Source: an uncultured Candidatus Saccharibacteria bacterium
GTDB lineage: Bacteria; Patescibacteriota; Saccharimonadia; CAILAD01; BJGX01
Length of the DNA stretch: 64,000 nt
Assembly (NCBI GenBank): GCA_964610335.1
Contig: CAZSVP010000001.1
Coordinates: 61,324 to 125,323 of the forward strand
Direction of reading: 5' to 3'
The position numbers and the translations under genes were made by a program. The notes beneath the pieces were generated by a model. It was not told where the DNA came from, did not search any database, and saw nothing but the letters and a program-made list of their open reading frames with translations. Each line of letters begins with the position of its first letter. The stretch's first letter is position 1. This document shows, piece after piece, positions 20,045-30,245 of this stretch.

Positions 20045-23000
20045 TTATGGCTGAGTCGTGATAGTTTGGCTACTTGTAGTTGGCTCAGGCACTTGTGGTG
20101 ACTGTTGTTTTTTGAGTAGCTCTATTTCGGCTTCAAGCTTTTTAAGTCGATCTTCGTGATCTTCTACAATTCCACTAAGCTTCTTGAGCTCGGTAGAAAT
20201 AGACTCAAGCTGTAATCCTTGGTCTGCTAACAGCTTGTTAACATCGTCAATCTTACCGCCTTGTTCTTGCACGGCCTTGGTAATAAGAGCTGTAACCATA
20301 TCATAGTTAAAGCCCTCAATCTTGCCGTCGCGATAGAATACTAGCCGGTCATCAACCTTTGCTGCTTCTTCCGCCACAAAACCAATTGCTGCCCTATCAT
20401 CTGTATTATAGTTAAAGCTAACCGCTCGGAGCTTCATAAGATCATCCAACCCAAGGCTAAGATCCTCTATGTTATGTTTGTAGCGCTCCGATGAAACATT
20501 ACAAACACCGGCTTGCTTCACTAGTAACCCGCTGGCATCAACACATACGTACTGGCTCGATGCACCACCATTGGTAACATTATTAATATCGACCGTACCA
20601 CCAGCTATGGCCAACGTGTTGTTATTGGTGACAGTATACGGACCTCCTGTACCAAGTCCGATACCAACTGAGCCATCACCATCAACTGTCATGTTTTGGC
20701 CAAAAGCCGTTGATACTGATCCATTTGCAGCATTGGTATATCCAAATGATGTTGAGTCTAAACCCGTTGCAGATGTCGACTGGCCAAAAGCGGTGCCATA
20801 GTTGTCTGCCACTGTCTGGTACCCAAAGGCTGTGGCATAGAGTCCAGCATCTGTTTGAAATCCAAAAGCGGTGCCATAATCTCCACTAGCTGTTGTTTCA
20901 GCCCCAAATGCGGTAGACCCACCACCAAGCGCATTTGTCGTGAGCCCAAAAGCAGTAGAATTGTCGCCCGAGGCAATCGAACCTAACCCAAAAGCTGTAG
21001 AATACTCACCGCTGGCAGTTGTACTTGCTCCAAAGGCTGTAGCGCCTGTGTCTAATGCATTAGTATCAAACCCAAATGCGGTTGAGACTGCACCTGATGC
21101 CACTGAGGAGAACCCAAATGCGGTTGAGTACCCACCACTAGCCAAAGTACCAGATCCAAAGGCAGTGTCAGCCAAGCTTGAGGCAGTTGTAGCATTCCCA
21201 AAAGCTGTAGAAAGCGTACCACTTGCAACCGTGCCAGCACCAAAGGCAGTTGATTGACCACCACTAGCAGTACTGGTGTTACCAAAGGCTGTTGAGTAAA
21301 GACCGCTGGCAGTAGTAATGGTTCCAAAAGCTGTAGCACCCTGGCCAGTGATAGTATTGGTAAACCCAAACACAGTACCATAGACTGCGCCTGCACCAAT
21401 TGTATGCTGATGTCCAAATGCAACTGCACCGGTAGCACCAAGTGGAATCACGTTATTGTCACCAAAGGCAGTAGAACCGATAGCGTTGGCTTGATTGCCT
21501 TGACCAAATGCGATACTTCCTTCTTCACTTGCAGTGTTTAGCGTCCCAAAAGCAACAGCATAAAGGCCAGATGCGGTATTATTGGTGCCAAAGGCAGTCG
21601 AGTAGTTACCGCTTGCAACTGTAGTAGCACCAAATGCCGTAGACCCAAAACCACTTGCCAATGTGTCATCACCAAAAGCGGTTGAGCGGATTCCGCTTGC
21701 CTCAGTATTAATACCAAATGCTGTAGAATCAAAATTAGAAGCAAGCGTATCGTGGCCGAAGGCTGTGGTGTTTGAGCTTGTGGCATCACTACCATTGCCA
21801 AATGCAGTTGAGCCAGTTCCCGATGCAATAGTATTTATACCAAACGCAACAGCACCGTCATTAGTGGCCTGTGTGGTAGCGCCAAATGCCACTGACCCAA
21901 ATCCTGATGCCAGCGTTCCAACCCCAAAAGCGGTTGATTGATTGCCACTAGCGACCGTGCCCAACCCAAAGGCTGTAGCTGTATTACCCGAAGCATCAGT
22001 GCAAGCACCAAAAGCGGTTGCGCTAAATCCTGATGCAGTTGGATTGGGCAATAATGCACTTGCACAGTCTGTAGCTGGCACTAGATAGTAACTACTACCA
22101 AATGATGTAGCAAAGTCACCACTAGCAGTTGTAGTGGCACCAAATGCAGTGCTCTCAAAGCCGCTGGCGATTGTCCCTTGACCAAAGGCAGTTGAGCCAA
22201 AGCCGCTGGCGAGAGATGCAAAACCGAATGCAGTTGATGCTTGACCATCTGCGTGCGCGATAATTCCGAAAGCAGTTGAGTTGCTCCCACTAGCTATGGA
22301 ACCGCTACCAAAAGCAGTACTTTCAAATCCACTCGCTATGGTATTGTCTCCAAAAGCGATTGAATAATCGCCTATTGCCTGTGTGGTTAAACCAAATGCT
22401 GTTGAAAATTCTCCACTAGCTAATGACCCGGATCCAAACGCAGTCGAGCCTGTTCCACTTGCTTCTGTATTGTCGCCAAGAGTTGTAGATAGTAACCCAC
22501 TTGCAATTGTACTAGATCCAAGAGCGGTTGAGTTTGAACCACTAGCAATATTATTACTACCAAGAGCCATAGCATTGTCGCTCGTTGCCTGATTATGAAA
22601 GCCAAGTGCCACAGTGTAGTGATCACTGGCTACATTGGTGTCGCCCATTGCTAATGAGCTAAAACCGCTTGAAGTATTGAAGATCCCAAATGCCATTGCG
22701 TAGGAATTGTTAACAATATTGCCTGCGCCAATCGCAGTGGCAACCACACCAGACACGTTATTGTTGGAGCCGAAAGCAACTGATCCTAAGTTTGAAGTAA
22801 TATTGTCTATTCCGCCTGCAATGCTAGATGTACCGCTGGCAATATTGTCTTGCCCCACTGCTATTGAGTAGTATCCAACATTGGCGTCATCCCACTGAGT
22901 CCCTGTGACAGTACCGGCTCTCAATGCTGCCTTACCTGGGTTCCAAAACATTAGAGACTTACCTGCCCCTGGAGCAGGTAGAATAGGTGCAGCCGTACCG

Positions 23001-23566
23001 AGAGTTCCGGTAGCAATTAGACTACCACCGGCCGTTGCGTCAAATGTCAGATCAAAACCATTTTGCGGCAAGGTAGTATTGTGAAGCAGCGGATTAGTAC
23101 CAAACTCTAGTGTTGCACCACTTAGATATGTACCGTTTTGAGCTGTGGTAACTCCTGGCCCGCCTGCTGGACCGGTTGCACCAGTCGCACCTTGCAAACC
23201 AGTTGCGCCCACAGGGCCGGCCGGACCGGGTATTGGCGAGGTTGTGATTTGTTGAAGAGTTTGCTGAGTATTAGTCACAAACTGTTGCAGTTGAGAAGAT
23301 AGGTTGTTGAAAGTAACTGTTTCACCAGCAATTTTTAATCCAGTCACACTGCCGTCAGCTAAGTCCGTCTTACCAACTAAGCTACTATCAGGCGAGGGAC
23401 ACCAGCGGTCATTGAGCCCAAGCATACGGATATACCATACATCAGTACAGAGGCCACGAAGTATAATCACTATCACTAAAAACAATGCAGCTAAGCCGAC
23501 TAGTAGCCAGATGAGCCAGTGACTATTTGATTGATTCTTATCTTCTGTTGACTGACTTGTCGCCAT
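20045..23566 (-). CDS. Giant membrane-anchored surface fibre protein of 1,173 aa. Order of parts: N-terminal TM anchor, collagen-like G-X-Y triplets, about 50 degenerate 13-14-aa (A/S)SGxxSTAFG repeats (YadA-head/Hep_Hag-like), then a C-terminal peptidase S74 intramolecular chaperone (tail-spike autoprocessing) domain.
   Basis: TM LIWLLVGLAALFLVIVIIL. PGPAGPVGATGLQGATGATGPAGGPG. Repeats such as NTIASGTGSTAFG and DTLASGFGSTAFG. C-terminus SSERYKHNIEDLSLGLDDLMKLRAVSFNYNTDDRAAIGFVAEEAAKV...YDMVTALITKAVQEQ matches the S74 CIMCD, followed by a coiled coil. Confidence 0.8.
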   Translation of the reverse strand: MATSQSTEDKNQSNSHWLIWLLVGLAALFLVIVIILRGLCTDVWYIRMLGLNDRWCPSPDSSLVGKTDLADGSVTGLKIAGETVTFNNLSSQLQQFVTNTQQTLQQITTSPIPGPAGPVGATGLQGATGATGPAGGPGVTTAQNGTYLSGATLEFGTNPLLHNTTLPQNGFDLTFDATAGGSLIATGTLGTAAPILPAPGAGKSLMFWNPGKAALRAGTVTGTQWDDANVGYYSIAVGQDNIASGTSSIAGGIDNITSNLGSVAFGSNNNVSGVVATAIGAGNIVNNSYAMAFGIFNTSSGFSSLAMGDTNVASDHYTVALGFHNQATSDNAMALGSNNIASGSNSTALGSSTIASGLLSTTLGDNTEASGTGSTAFGSGSLASGEFSTAFGLTTQAIGDYSIAFGDNTIASGFESTAFGSGSIASGSNSTAFGIIAHADGQASTAFGFASLASGFGSTAFGQGTIASGFESTAFGATTTASGDFATSFGSSYYLVPATDCASALLPNPTASGFSATAFGACTDASGNTATAFGLGTVASGNQSTAFGVGTLASGFGSVAFGATTQATNDGAVAFGINTIASGTGSTAFGNGSDATSSNTTAFGHDTLASNFDSTAFGINTEASGIRSTAFGDDTLASGFGSTAFGATTVASGNYSTAFGTNNTASGLYAVAFGTLNTASEEGSIAFGQGNQANAIGSTAFGDNNVIPLGATGAVAFGHQHTIGAGAVYGTVFGFTNTITGQGATAFGTITTASGLYSTAFGNTSTASGGQSTAFGAGTVASGTLSTAFGNATTASSLADTAFGSGTLASGGYSTAFGFSSVASGAVSTAFGFDTNALDTGATAFGASTTASGEYSTAFGLGSIASGDNSTAFGLTTNALGGGSTAFGAETTASGDYGTAFGFQTDAGLYATAFGYQTVADNYGTAFGQSTSATGLDSTSFGYTNAANGSVSTAFGQNMTVDGDGSVGIGLGTGGPYTVTNNNTLAIAGGTVDINNVTNGGASSQYVCVDASGLLVKQAGVCNVSSERYKHNIEDLSLGLDDLMKLRAVSFNYNTDDRAAIGFVAEEAAKVDDRLVFYRDGKIEGFNYDMVTALITKAVQEQGGKIDDVNKLLADQGLQLESISTELKKLSGIVEDHEDRLKKLEAEIELLKKQQSPQVPEPTTSSQTITTQP

Positions 23567-23629
23567 AAATTACTCACCACAAAAACCTTATGGTAAAAGT
23601 ATAGCATAAAAATATGGTTATGAAGCCAG

Positions 23630-25477
23630 TTATTTTGCTGGCTTGGCCTTGCGCTCGGCTGTGACTTGTTTGTCTATTGGAGCAAATAGTTTTTCGAACT
23701 CAGGTCCTTCAAGAGTTTCTTTTTCAATCAAGGTGTTGGCAATTAAGTCGAGTTGTTTGCGGTTTTTGACAATCACTTCTTGAGCTTTTTTACTTGCTTC
23801 ATCTATCAGCTTTGCTACTTCGTCATCTATCTTGGCAGCCATCTCTTCAGAGTAACTACGGCCCTCGCCCATACTACGGCCCAAGAATATTGAGCTCTCA
23901 CTATCACCAAAGTAGCGATTATTAAGCTGGGCGCTCATACCGTATTCAGTTACCATACGTCGAGCTAGCCCATTGGCGTGCTTAAGATCACTCTCGGCAC
24001 CAGTAGTAATGCTATCATCTCCAAACACTACTTTTTCAGCCGTGCGTCCACCAAGACTCATAGCTAGGTCATCACGAAAATCAGCAATAGAATGCAGATG
24101 TTTGTCTTCTTCCGGCAAACTCCAAGTTACTCCACCCGCCATGCCACGGCTCACAATCGATACCTTATGAACAGGGTGGCAATGTGGCAACAAGTGGCTT
24201 AGCAAGGCATGTCCAGCCTCATGAAAAGCCGTGATCTTCTTTTCTTCGTCGTTTAGAATATGACTTTTGCGCTCTGGGCCGAGGGCAATTTTTTCAACTG
24301 CCTCATGGAAGTCAGACTGCTGTACCTTCTTGCGGCCCGAACGAGCAGCAAAAATCGCCGCTTCGTTGGCAATGTTGGCTAGGTCAGCACCAGATACACC
24401 AGGTGTTTTGCGAGCAACTTCTTTGAGATTTACTCCTGATTCAAGTGGCTTATTCTTGGTGTGAACTTCGAGTATTTCCTCACGAGCTTTCAGATCTGGT
24501 GCATCAAGAGTGATACGACGATCAAAACGACCTGGCCGCAACAATGCAGGGTCCAGCACATCAGGGCGATTGGTTGCCGCCATCACAATCACGTTGGTAC
24601 CTTGCTCAAACCCATCCATCTCCACCAGTATTTGATTGAGAGTCTGCTCGCGCTCATCATGGCCACCACCCAAACCAGTACCACGTTGGCGACCTACTGC
24701 ATCGATCTCATCAACAAATATAATACATGGCGCGTTCTTCTTGGCCTTGGCAAATAAGTCACGCACCCGGCTTGCACCAACACCAACAAACATTTCTACA
24801 AACTCTGAGCCTGAGATACTAAAGAATGGTACATCGGCTTCACCAGCGACTGCACGTGCCAACAAAGTTTTACCAGTGCCTGGACTACCAAACAACAGTA
24901 CACCTTTTGGAGTTTTAGCGCCCAAAGCCTCAAACTTAGCTGGGTATTTGAGAAATTCTACAATCTCTTCAAGCTCAGTCTTGGCTTCGATGTTGCCAGC
25001 AACATCGGTAAATCTAACCTTTTCTTTTTCCAGCCCAGATACTCGCGCCTTGCTACGGCCAAAGTTCATTGCTTGATTGTTGCTGCCCTGTGCCTGGCGC
25101 ATAATAAAGTAGAAGAATCCTATAATAAGAGCAATTGGCAAGAAGGCTAGTATGATATCAATCCAGCGACCTGAGCCGTCATCTGGGTTCTTTGGTTCTA
25201 CCTTGACCTTGCTATAGTCTATTCCGTAGTCTTTGAGGCTAGTTGCATTTTCCTTATACGATTCTTCCTTGCCACCGTCTTTGAGGGTGACTGTGAGTTT
25301 GTTACCAACTAGCTCAATCTTCTCAACCTGTCCTTGATTGGCTTGTTCCAGCACTTTACTGAGCGATACTTGAGCTGGCTTGGGCTCGTTGTTCATGAAT
25401 ATCAAGTACAACAATACTAGCGCTATAGCAACGCCTGATATATAAAACACGTTTTTGGGAATATTTTTTAGATTCAT
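23630..25477 (-). CDS. ftsH: ATP-dependent zinc metalloprotease FtsH
   Basis: Two N-terminal TMs, AAA module [18 protein letters not shown], and the HEAGHAL zinc motif. Confidence 0.95.
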   Translation of the reverse strand: MNLKNIPKNVFYISGVAIALVLLYLIFMNNEPKPAQVSLSKVLEQANQGQVEKIELVGNKLTVTLKDGGKEESYKENATSLKDYGIDYSKVKVEPKNPDDGSGRWIDIILAFLPIALIIGFFYFIMRQAQGSNNQAMNFGRSKARVSGLEKEKVRFTDVAGNIEAKTELEEIVEFLKYPAKFEALGAKTPKGVLLFGSPGTGKTLLARAVAGEADVPFFSISGSEFVEMFVGVGASRVRDLFAKAKKNAPCIIFVDEIDAVGRQRGTGLGGGHDEREQTLNQILVEMDGFEQGTNVIVMAATNRPDVLDPALLRPGRFDRRITLDAPDLKAREEILEVHTKNKPLESGVNLKEVARKTPGVSGADLANIANEAAIFAARSGRKKVQQSDFHEAVEKIALGPERKSHILNDEEKKITAFHEAGHALLSHLLPHCHPVHKVSIVSRGMAGGVTWSLPEEDKHLHSIADFRDDLAMSLGGRTAEKVVFGDDSITTGAESDLKHANGLARRMVTEYGMSAQLNNRYFGDSESSIFLGRSMGEGRSYSEEMAAKIDDEVAKLIDEASKKAQEVIVKNRKQLDLIANTLIEKETLEGPEFEKLFAPIDKQVTAERKAKPAK

Positions 25478-26805
25478 ACTAATTCACAAACTAGTTGAGC
25501 AGTGGCTTGGTCAGCTTGATTGGTAGTGTAGCGACGGTCATTTGCCAGTGTTGGCACCCAAACTACTTGATTGTCGGCGGTTACCACAATCGGCCAGCGA
25601 CGGCGAAGATTGCGTGGGACCTTCTGATCTACAAACACATCTTGCAGCTTCTTACTACCAGTCATGCCATAAGGCTTTACACGATCACCCGGCTGCCAAT
25701 AGCGCACATACAGATCTGACGTGTTGGTGTACGTTTGTGGTGCCATGGTAACTACTGGTTTTATCCGGTGTTTAAGCCGGAACATACCAGACTGATAAAT
25801 TTGACCAGAACGCAACGGCACAATCGTGTCGGAGCCGACCACCTTATCTCTCGGAGCTGTCAACGTGATTATCACACTAGCATAGTCACGTATCAGATGC
25901 AACCCTGTTGACAGATGGGTGGAGACACCCACTTTAGATACATCAAAAAAATGCACGGCTTGTTCAATGTTACTTTGTGACAGTTCTACGCCAGGGCGTA
26001 ATAGTTTAAATATGTATTCCAAAACATATGGCTTGATGGTCTTACTTAGTTGCTGCCATTTTTCTAAGTCAACCTCATATGTGGTGATACCTTGTTTTGT
26101 GCATAGTATATCTACCAACTGATCCAGCTGGGAATTGATACGCGCATTGAGACTATCAAGTGTATCAAGGCTGGTCGCATACTTACTCCTGAAGTTACGG
26201 TAATTCAAGCTGCCTTGTGGCATTAACTCATGACGCACAAAATTGCGTGAAAATCTTAAGTCTGAGTTAGTGCTGTCTTCGCGATAAGGTAAGTTACGTA
26301 GCCCTGCGTAAGTGATGATGCCTGCCTTATCAAATGGCAAAAGTGGGCGCAATACCTTGCCTCTTGCAGGTTGCAAAGCCGTAAGACCTAGCCGGTCAGC
26401 ACCACGAATGGCGTTGAAAATACTCGTCTCGAGCCGATCGTCGGCATGGTGGGCAGTTACGATATAGTCATAATTGCCACCATCACGGATGCTTTCCAAG
26501 AAATTGTAGCGAGCCTTGCGTAGTGCAGCCTCACGGGTTTCGCTGCCACTCAATTGACCTAGATAGAATTTGTATCCTCGCTCATCTGCAAGCTGAGCAA
26601 CCAGACTAGCATCTTCAGTGCTATCACTACGAACCTTATGGTCAAGATGTGCCACGGCGATCTGCCAGTTGTAGTAGTCATTGAGTTGATCTAGCAAATC
26701 AAGTAGTACTACAGAGTCCACTCCACCAGATACAGCCAGAAGTAGTCGGCTGCGTGGTGGCAACAAACTTGTGTTTTGCAAATGATAATGCAGATCTTGA
26801 AGCAT
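25474..26805 (-). CDS. tilS: tRNA(Ile)-lysidine synthetase TilS
   Basis: PP-loop LLLAVSGGVDSVVLLDLL. 443 aa. A 4-nt overlap with the ftsH start gives the conserved tilS-ftsH linkage. Confidence 0.85.
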   Translation of the reverse strand: MLQDLHYHLQNTSLLPPRSRLLLAVSGGVDSVVLLDLLDQLNDYYNWQIAVAHLDHKVRSDSTEDASLVAQLADERGYKFYLGQLSGSETREAALRKARYNFLESIRDGGNYDYIVTAHHADDRLETSIFNAIRGADRLGLTALQPARGKVLRPLLPFDKAGIITYAGLRNLPYREDSTNSDLRFSRNFVRHELMPQGSLNYRNFRSKYATSLDTLDSLNARINSQLDQLVDILCTKQGITTYEVDLEKWQQLSKTIKPYVLEYIFKLLRPGVELSQSNIEQAVHFFDVSKVGVSTHLSTGLHLIRDYASVIITLTAPRDKVVGSDTIVPLRSGQIYQSGMFRLKHRIKPVVTMAPQTYTNTSDLYVRYWQPGDRVKPYGMTGSKKLQDVFVDQKVPRNLRRRWPIVVTADNQVVWVPTLANDRRYTTNQADQATAQLVCELV

Positions 26806-26912
26806 ACCCCTTATTGTACCGTAATATGTACAAGTTGACAGCTAGGCTTATGGTTGTATCAACAAATAAAAAGCACCACAAAAAGAGGCACTTTCAATTA
26901 CTTGTTTTATGT

Positions 26913-27071
26913 CTAACCAATTACGCTTGTATAAGTAGCAGCACTAGCGTAGACAACAAATGCAATTCCAGCTAGAGCGACCAAGACCACCATGATCAAG
27001 AATGAACTATCAAAAAAGTTCTTGTTCTTGCTACTTAAGGGGGTTTTTTTGTTCGATTTCTTGGCAGGCAT
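26913..27071 (-). CDS. Small membrane peptide of 52 aa. Hypothetical.
   Basis: MPAKKSNKKTPLSSKNKNFFDSSFLIMVVLVALAGIAFVVYASAATYTSVIG has a basic N-terminus and one TM. It is below the ORF-track length cutoff. Confidence 0.25.
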   Translation of the reverse strand: MPAKKSNKKTPLSSKNKNFFDSSFLIMVVLVALAGIAFVVYASAATYTSVIG

Positions 27072-27189
27072 GAAAGCTCCTTATTTATTGTTCAAAATAG
27101 TTATTCTTATGGTAGCGGTTATGCTAAGTTTTTGCAAGAGATAGTATTAATACAAAAAGCACCCTTGCGATGGGTGCTTTTAATAATTC

Positions 27190-27264
27190 TGGTAGCGGGG
27201 GTAGGATTCGAACCTACGACCTCCAGGTTATGAGCCTGACGAGCTGCCACTGCTCTACCCCGCG
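27190..27264 (-). tRNA. tRNA-Met (anticodon CAT), initiator-like
   Basis: Reverse complement cgcggggtagagcagtggcagctcgtcaggctCATaacctggaggtcgtaggttcgaatcctacccccgctacca. The 5' CGCGGGG and an unpaired 1:72 position are initiator-like. The anticodon stem has only two G-C pairs. Confidence 0.8.
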
Positions 27265-27304
27265 TTGTGTCGTATATAGTACCAAAAACCAGCTGTTTTT
27301 TCAA

Positions 27305-27381
27305 TGGTGGCTGCGGAAGGGATCGAACCTTCGACCTCAGGCTTATGAGTCCTGCGCTCTAACCGACTGAGCTACGCAGCC
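27305..27381 (-). tRNA. tRNA-Met (anticodon CAT), elongator-like
   Basis: Reverse complement ggctgcgtagctcagtcggttagagcgcaggactCATaagcctgaggtcgaaggttcgatcccttccgcagccacca. A 77-nt cloverleaf with encoded CCA. Confidence 0.8.
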
Positions 27382-27534
27382 GCGTCGAAAGATTACTCAA
27401 GTTTTTATAGAAGAAGTACTTCTACTCCAACTTCCTAAATCTTTCTCCTTTCAGTTTAGCAAACAGCGGCTTGGTTTACTAAACTGGCAAAAACAGAAAG
27501 CTATTTTAACAGATATGGGACAATCCGTAAACGG

Positions 27535-27933
27535 CTATGTACCACGTAAGAAATCCAGCCACTGTTGCCAGTTGGGCTTGTCGCTATCATCTTCCAATTG
27601 ATTCGAGTTAGACTCAGTTGGCAATGGATAAGCTGTAGTTTGTTTGGTTTGTCCATCGCTTGAAATAATAACAACAGTTTCACCTGGTGCTTGTACGCCA
27701 AGTTTCTCGCGCGCTAAACGATCTTGATAACTATCAGTCTTGTAGTAACTTATACGATACCCGAGCTGATTGATCTGGGTTTTTAACTGATCAATCTCAG
27801 TTTGTAGCTCATCAGCCTTGTTGCGCAAACGATAATTTTGACCTGTTTCGGTAGCAACTATCACAAACATATAGAGCACTAACACTAGGCCGACCCAGAA
27901 TATTACTCGGCTATAATGAAAAAACTTTTTCAT
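27535..27933 (-). CDS. ftsB: Septum formation initiator FtsB/DivIC-like protein
   Basis: N-terminal TM, coiled coil (ELQTEIDQLKTQINQL), and DSYQDRLAREKLGVQAPGETVV, which matches the Septum_form/DivIC signature. Confidence 0.6.
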   Translation of the reverse strand: MKKFFHYSRVIFWVGLVLVLYMFVIVATETGQNYRLRNKADELQTEIDQLKTQINQLGYRISYYKTDSYQDRLAREKLGVQAPGETVVIISSDGQTKQTTAYPLPTESNSNQLEDDSDKPNWQQWLDFLRGT

Positions 27934-27966
27934 ACTATCTATTGTATGCGCCTTGGGCTACAAAAA

Positions 27967-29109
27967 TCAAAATACTTGTGTTTCTGTGTCAGATTGCTGC
28001 TTTGGTTTACGCCACAAAAAAAGCTTTTCTAGACGATGCTGATCTATTATCGGCCTGCGAGTTTGCTCGTACCGAACTTCTATGGTCTTGCTCAAATTTA
28101 GCCACAAACAGCTGTTCTGTGAATAATGATTGAATAGTGTTATGCCAAGCCAAGACGCAGCCCTAAGTTGTACAGGATCATTGCAACCAGAATTGGCATA
28201 CCAGCCCGACTTTGTCTTGAGAATCATACCCCTGTGGGTATGTCCTATCACAAGCGCGTTATAGTGTGATTTTGACAGATACTTATCAATTTGCGCTTCA
28301 TCTATATCGCCACCGGATCCAAATAATATCTTTGTTAGCCATGGCGCCAGTACAACCAACAGCCACAGTAGCATCCAACTCACTACAATTATGGCAAGTC
28401 CCCAGTAAACCACATAAATACTCTGTAGCAAGAATGATTCGACTACCATGGCCGCCAAGAAAACTGGCACTATTAGTGGTAAATATATACGGTATGCGAA
28501 TCTCGACAGCCCAAATACTGGCAAGTTTCGTCGATCTACAACATCACTTATGCCATCTGCCAAGTTTGGAAAATGCTTCTTTAGCTTGGGCATAGTAGTT
28601 TGAACTATTCGTTGGCCACGAGTTATATCCCCTGGTTTCATAGGATTTTCAAGTCTATTATATGGGTCAAACTGGTGGCCGTGCTCAACATGGATAACTT
28701 GACCATTTAGCTCAATATCTAAGTTCAAGCATACTTGAGCGCCCCACTTGTTATAGATCACCTCTTGATCTGTGTCGGTATATCCAACGGTGTCATCATG
28801 ATTGCCAACCACAAAATACGTGTTATGCCCAGCTGCTTTGTTGAACTCCACAATAGCCTTAGTCAGTAGTTGGTACTTAGAGATAATCTGTTCTACGCCA
28901 TGTGGACGTGCCCAAAGTTCAAATATATCGCCATTTAGTACCAAGCAGGCGTTCGAACTAGCACTCAACTGCTCAATCTTGCTCGCCAAGTACTCTTCGG
29001 TGCTACTCTGCTTGTTGCCTTCGAGTGACAGATGAACATCACTAAATACAAGACAGGTTGTATCTGGCTTGGGATTATAAACAATTGTTTCCTTGGCTCG
29101 CGAATGCAA
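27967..29109 (-). CDS. Calcineurin-like metallophosphoesterase with three TM helices inserted before the final GHTH motif
   Basis: DVHL, NGDIFELW, GNHDD, and HGH...GHTHR metal-binding motifs. A hydrophobic block at about residues 205-265. Confidence 0.7.
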   Translation of the reverse strand: MHSRAKETIVYNPKPDTTCLVFSDVHLSLEGNKQSSTEEYLASKIEQLSASSNACLVLNGDIFELWARPHGVEQIISKYQLLTKAIVEFNKAAGHNTYFVVGNHDDTVGYTDTDQEVIYNKWGAQVCLNLDIELNGQVIHVEHGHQFDPYNRLENPMKPGDITRGQRIVQTTMPKLKKHFPNLADGISDVVDRRNLPVFGLSRFAYRIYLPLIVPVFLAAMVVESFLLQSIYVVYWGLAIIVVSWMLLWLLVVLAPWLTKILFGSGGDIDEAQIDKYLSKSHYNALVIGHTHRGMILKTKSGWYANSGCNDPVQLRAASWLGITLFNHYSQNSCLWLNLSKTIEVRYEQTRRPIIDQHRLEKLFLWRKPKQQSDTETQVF

Positions 29110-29114
29110 CTAAA

Positions 29115-30245
29115 CTATTCCCATTTAAAGACTCGAATGGCTATGATAAACACCACCACACCCCAAATTATCAGACCTAGTATATCGCCGCGTACCTGCC
29201 AAAGATCTGCACCTTGTGTGGAAACTTGGCGCATAGCGTCGGCCAAATACGTGAGCGGCAAGAACCCAGTAACTTTTTGTAGCCACTCTGGTAGTGTATC
29301 GCGAGGTATGAAAGTGCCTGACAAAAAAAGCATTGGAAAACTAATTAGATTTGCAACGGGGGCCGCTTGATTTTCATCTTTGGCCCATCCTGCAATTGCA
29401 AAGCCAAATGCCAAGAACACTAGAACGCCTAAAAATGCCAGTATGAAAATGTTCAGCATACTGCCAACAATTTGCACTTTGAAAATAACTACACTAAGCC
29501 CGATCAATAGCCCGACCTGTAATACTCCTATTATCATTCGGGCTACAGACTGGCCAAAGATAAATGCTACCGGATGAGTTGGTGTGACAAACAGCCGGCG
29601 AAGAGCACCGGAGCTTTTGAAACTAACGAACGCAAAGGCGATACTGAATATCCCAAGCTGCATAATACTGAGTGCCACTATGCCTGGTACTAGATAGTCT
29701 AAGTAGCTTAGTCCGTTGGTACTAACCCCCTCAGCATTTACCTTAAACAACACTGGGGTTTTAGTAACTTGATTGTTAAAACCACTTATAATTTGACCAG
29801 CTACTAGGCTAGCAGCTTGGCCAGCTTGGGGTTGCCCTTTGTTATAGTAGGTCTGGATTTGTGTGACCTTGAAAGTGTTTGTGGAAGTATCAAGTTGGCC
29901 AAATTCTGCAGGTATCACCAACACTAGATCGGTTTTACCTTTCTCCAACCTATCCTTGGCTACTCCCAGATCAGTTTGTTGGGTACTATTGAATACGTCC
30001 TTATTCTCACCAAGACTTTTGCTGAAGCTGTTACCAAGTTCAGTATTGCTTAGGTTTACAATGTCGAGTTTAAAGCTGCTTTGTTTAGTAGAGTTAAAAG
30101 CTCCAAATATTAATATAAACATCACCGGGATAAACAAAGTAAAAAAGACCGCCGTACGATTGCGAAAATACATCTTGATACTTGCTACTGTCAAAGTCTT
30201 GTAAGCAAGCCACCATTTCTTCTTGTGAGTAGGTTCTTTCATCAC
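29115..30245 (-). CDS. ABC-2 type transporter permease
   Basis: 376 aa. An N-terminal TM, a large extracytoplasmic loop, then five C-terminal TMs. Translationally coupled to the ATPase, with ATGA overlap. Confidence 0.8.
   Translation of the reverse strand: MMKEPTHKKKWWLAYKTLTVASIKMYFRNRTAVFFTLFIPVMFILIFGAFNSTKQSSFKLDIVNLSNTELGNSFSKSLGENKDVFNSTQQTDLGVAKDRLEKGKTDLVLVIPAEFGQLDTSTNTFKVTQIQTYYNKGQPQAGQAASLVAGQIISGFNNQVTKTPVLFKVNAEGVSTNGLSYLDYLVPGIVALSIMQLGIFSIAFAFVSFKSSGALRRLFVTPTHPVAFIFGQSVARMIIGVLQVGLLIGLSVVIFKVQIVGSMLNIFILAFLGVLVFLAFGFAIAGWAKDENQAAPVANLISFPMLFLSGTFIPRDTLPEWLQKVTGFLPLTYLADAMRQVSTQGADLWQVRGDILGLIIWGVVVFIIAIRVFKWE

Noticed and set aside
20571-22626. Many 60-130-aa ORFs on both strands inside the 20045-23566 gene (for example 20940-21257 +, 21052-21441 -, 21663-21941 +), plus the periodic DNA repeats there. 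Considered a possible CRISPR or tandem repeat array.
   Set aside because: The periodicity is 39-42 nt and degenerate, and it is in frame with the long SGxxSTAFG protein repeats. No spacer-repeat structure and no cas genes. The antisense ORFs are low-complexity by-products of the coding repeat.
27119-27370. ORFs 27119-27304 (-) and 27170-27370 (+) in the track
   Set aside because: They lie directly over the two tRNA-CAT genes and are spurious.
27384-27534. 150-bp non-coding gap between tRNA-Met and ftsB, inspected for ncRNA or riboswitch structure
   Set aside because: No convincing conserved-looking stem-loops or a known riboswitch core could be recognised by eye. Probably a promoter region.
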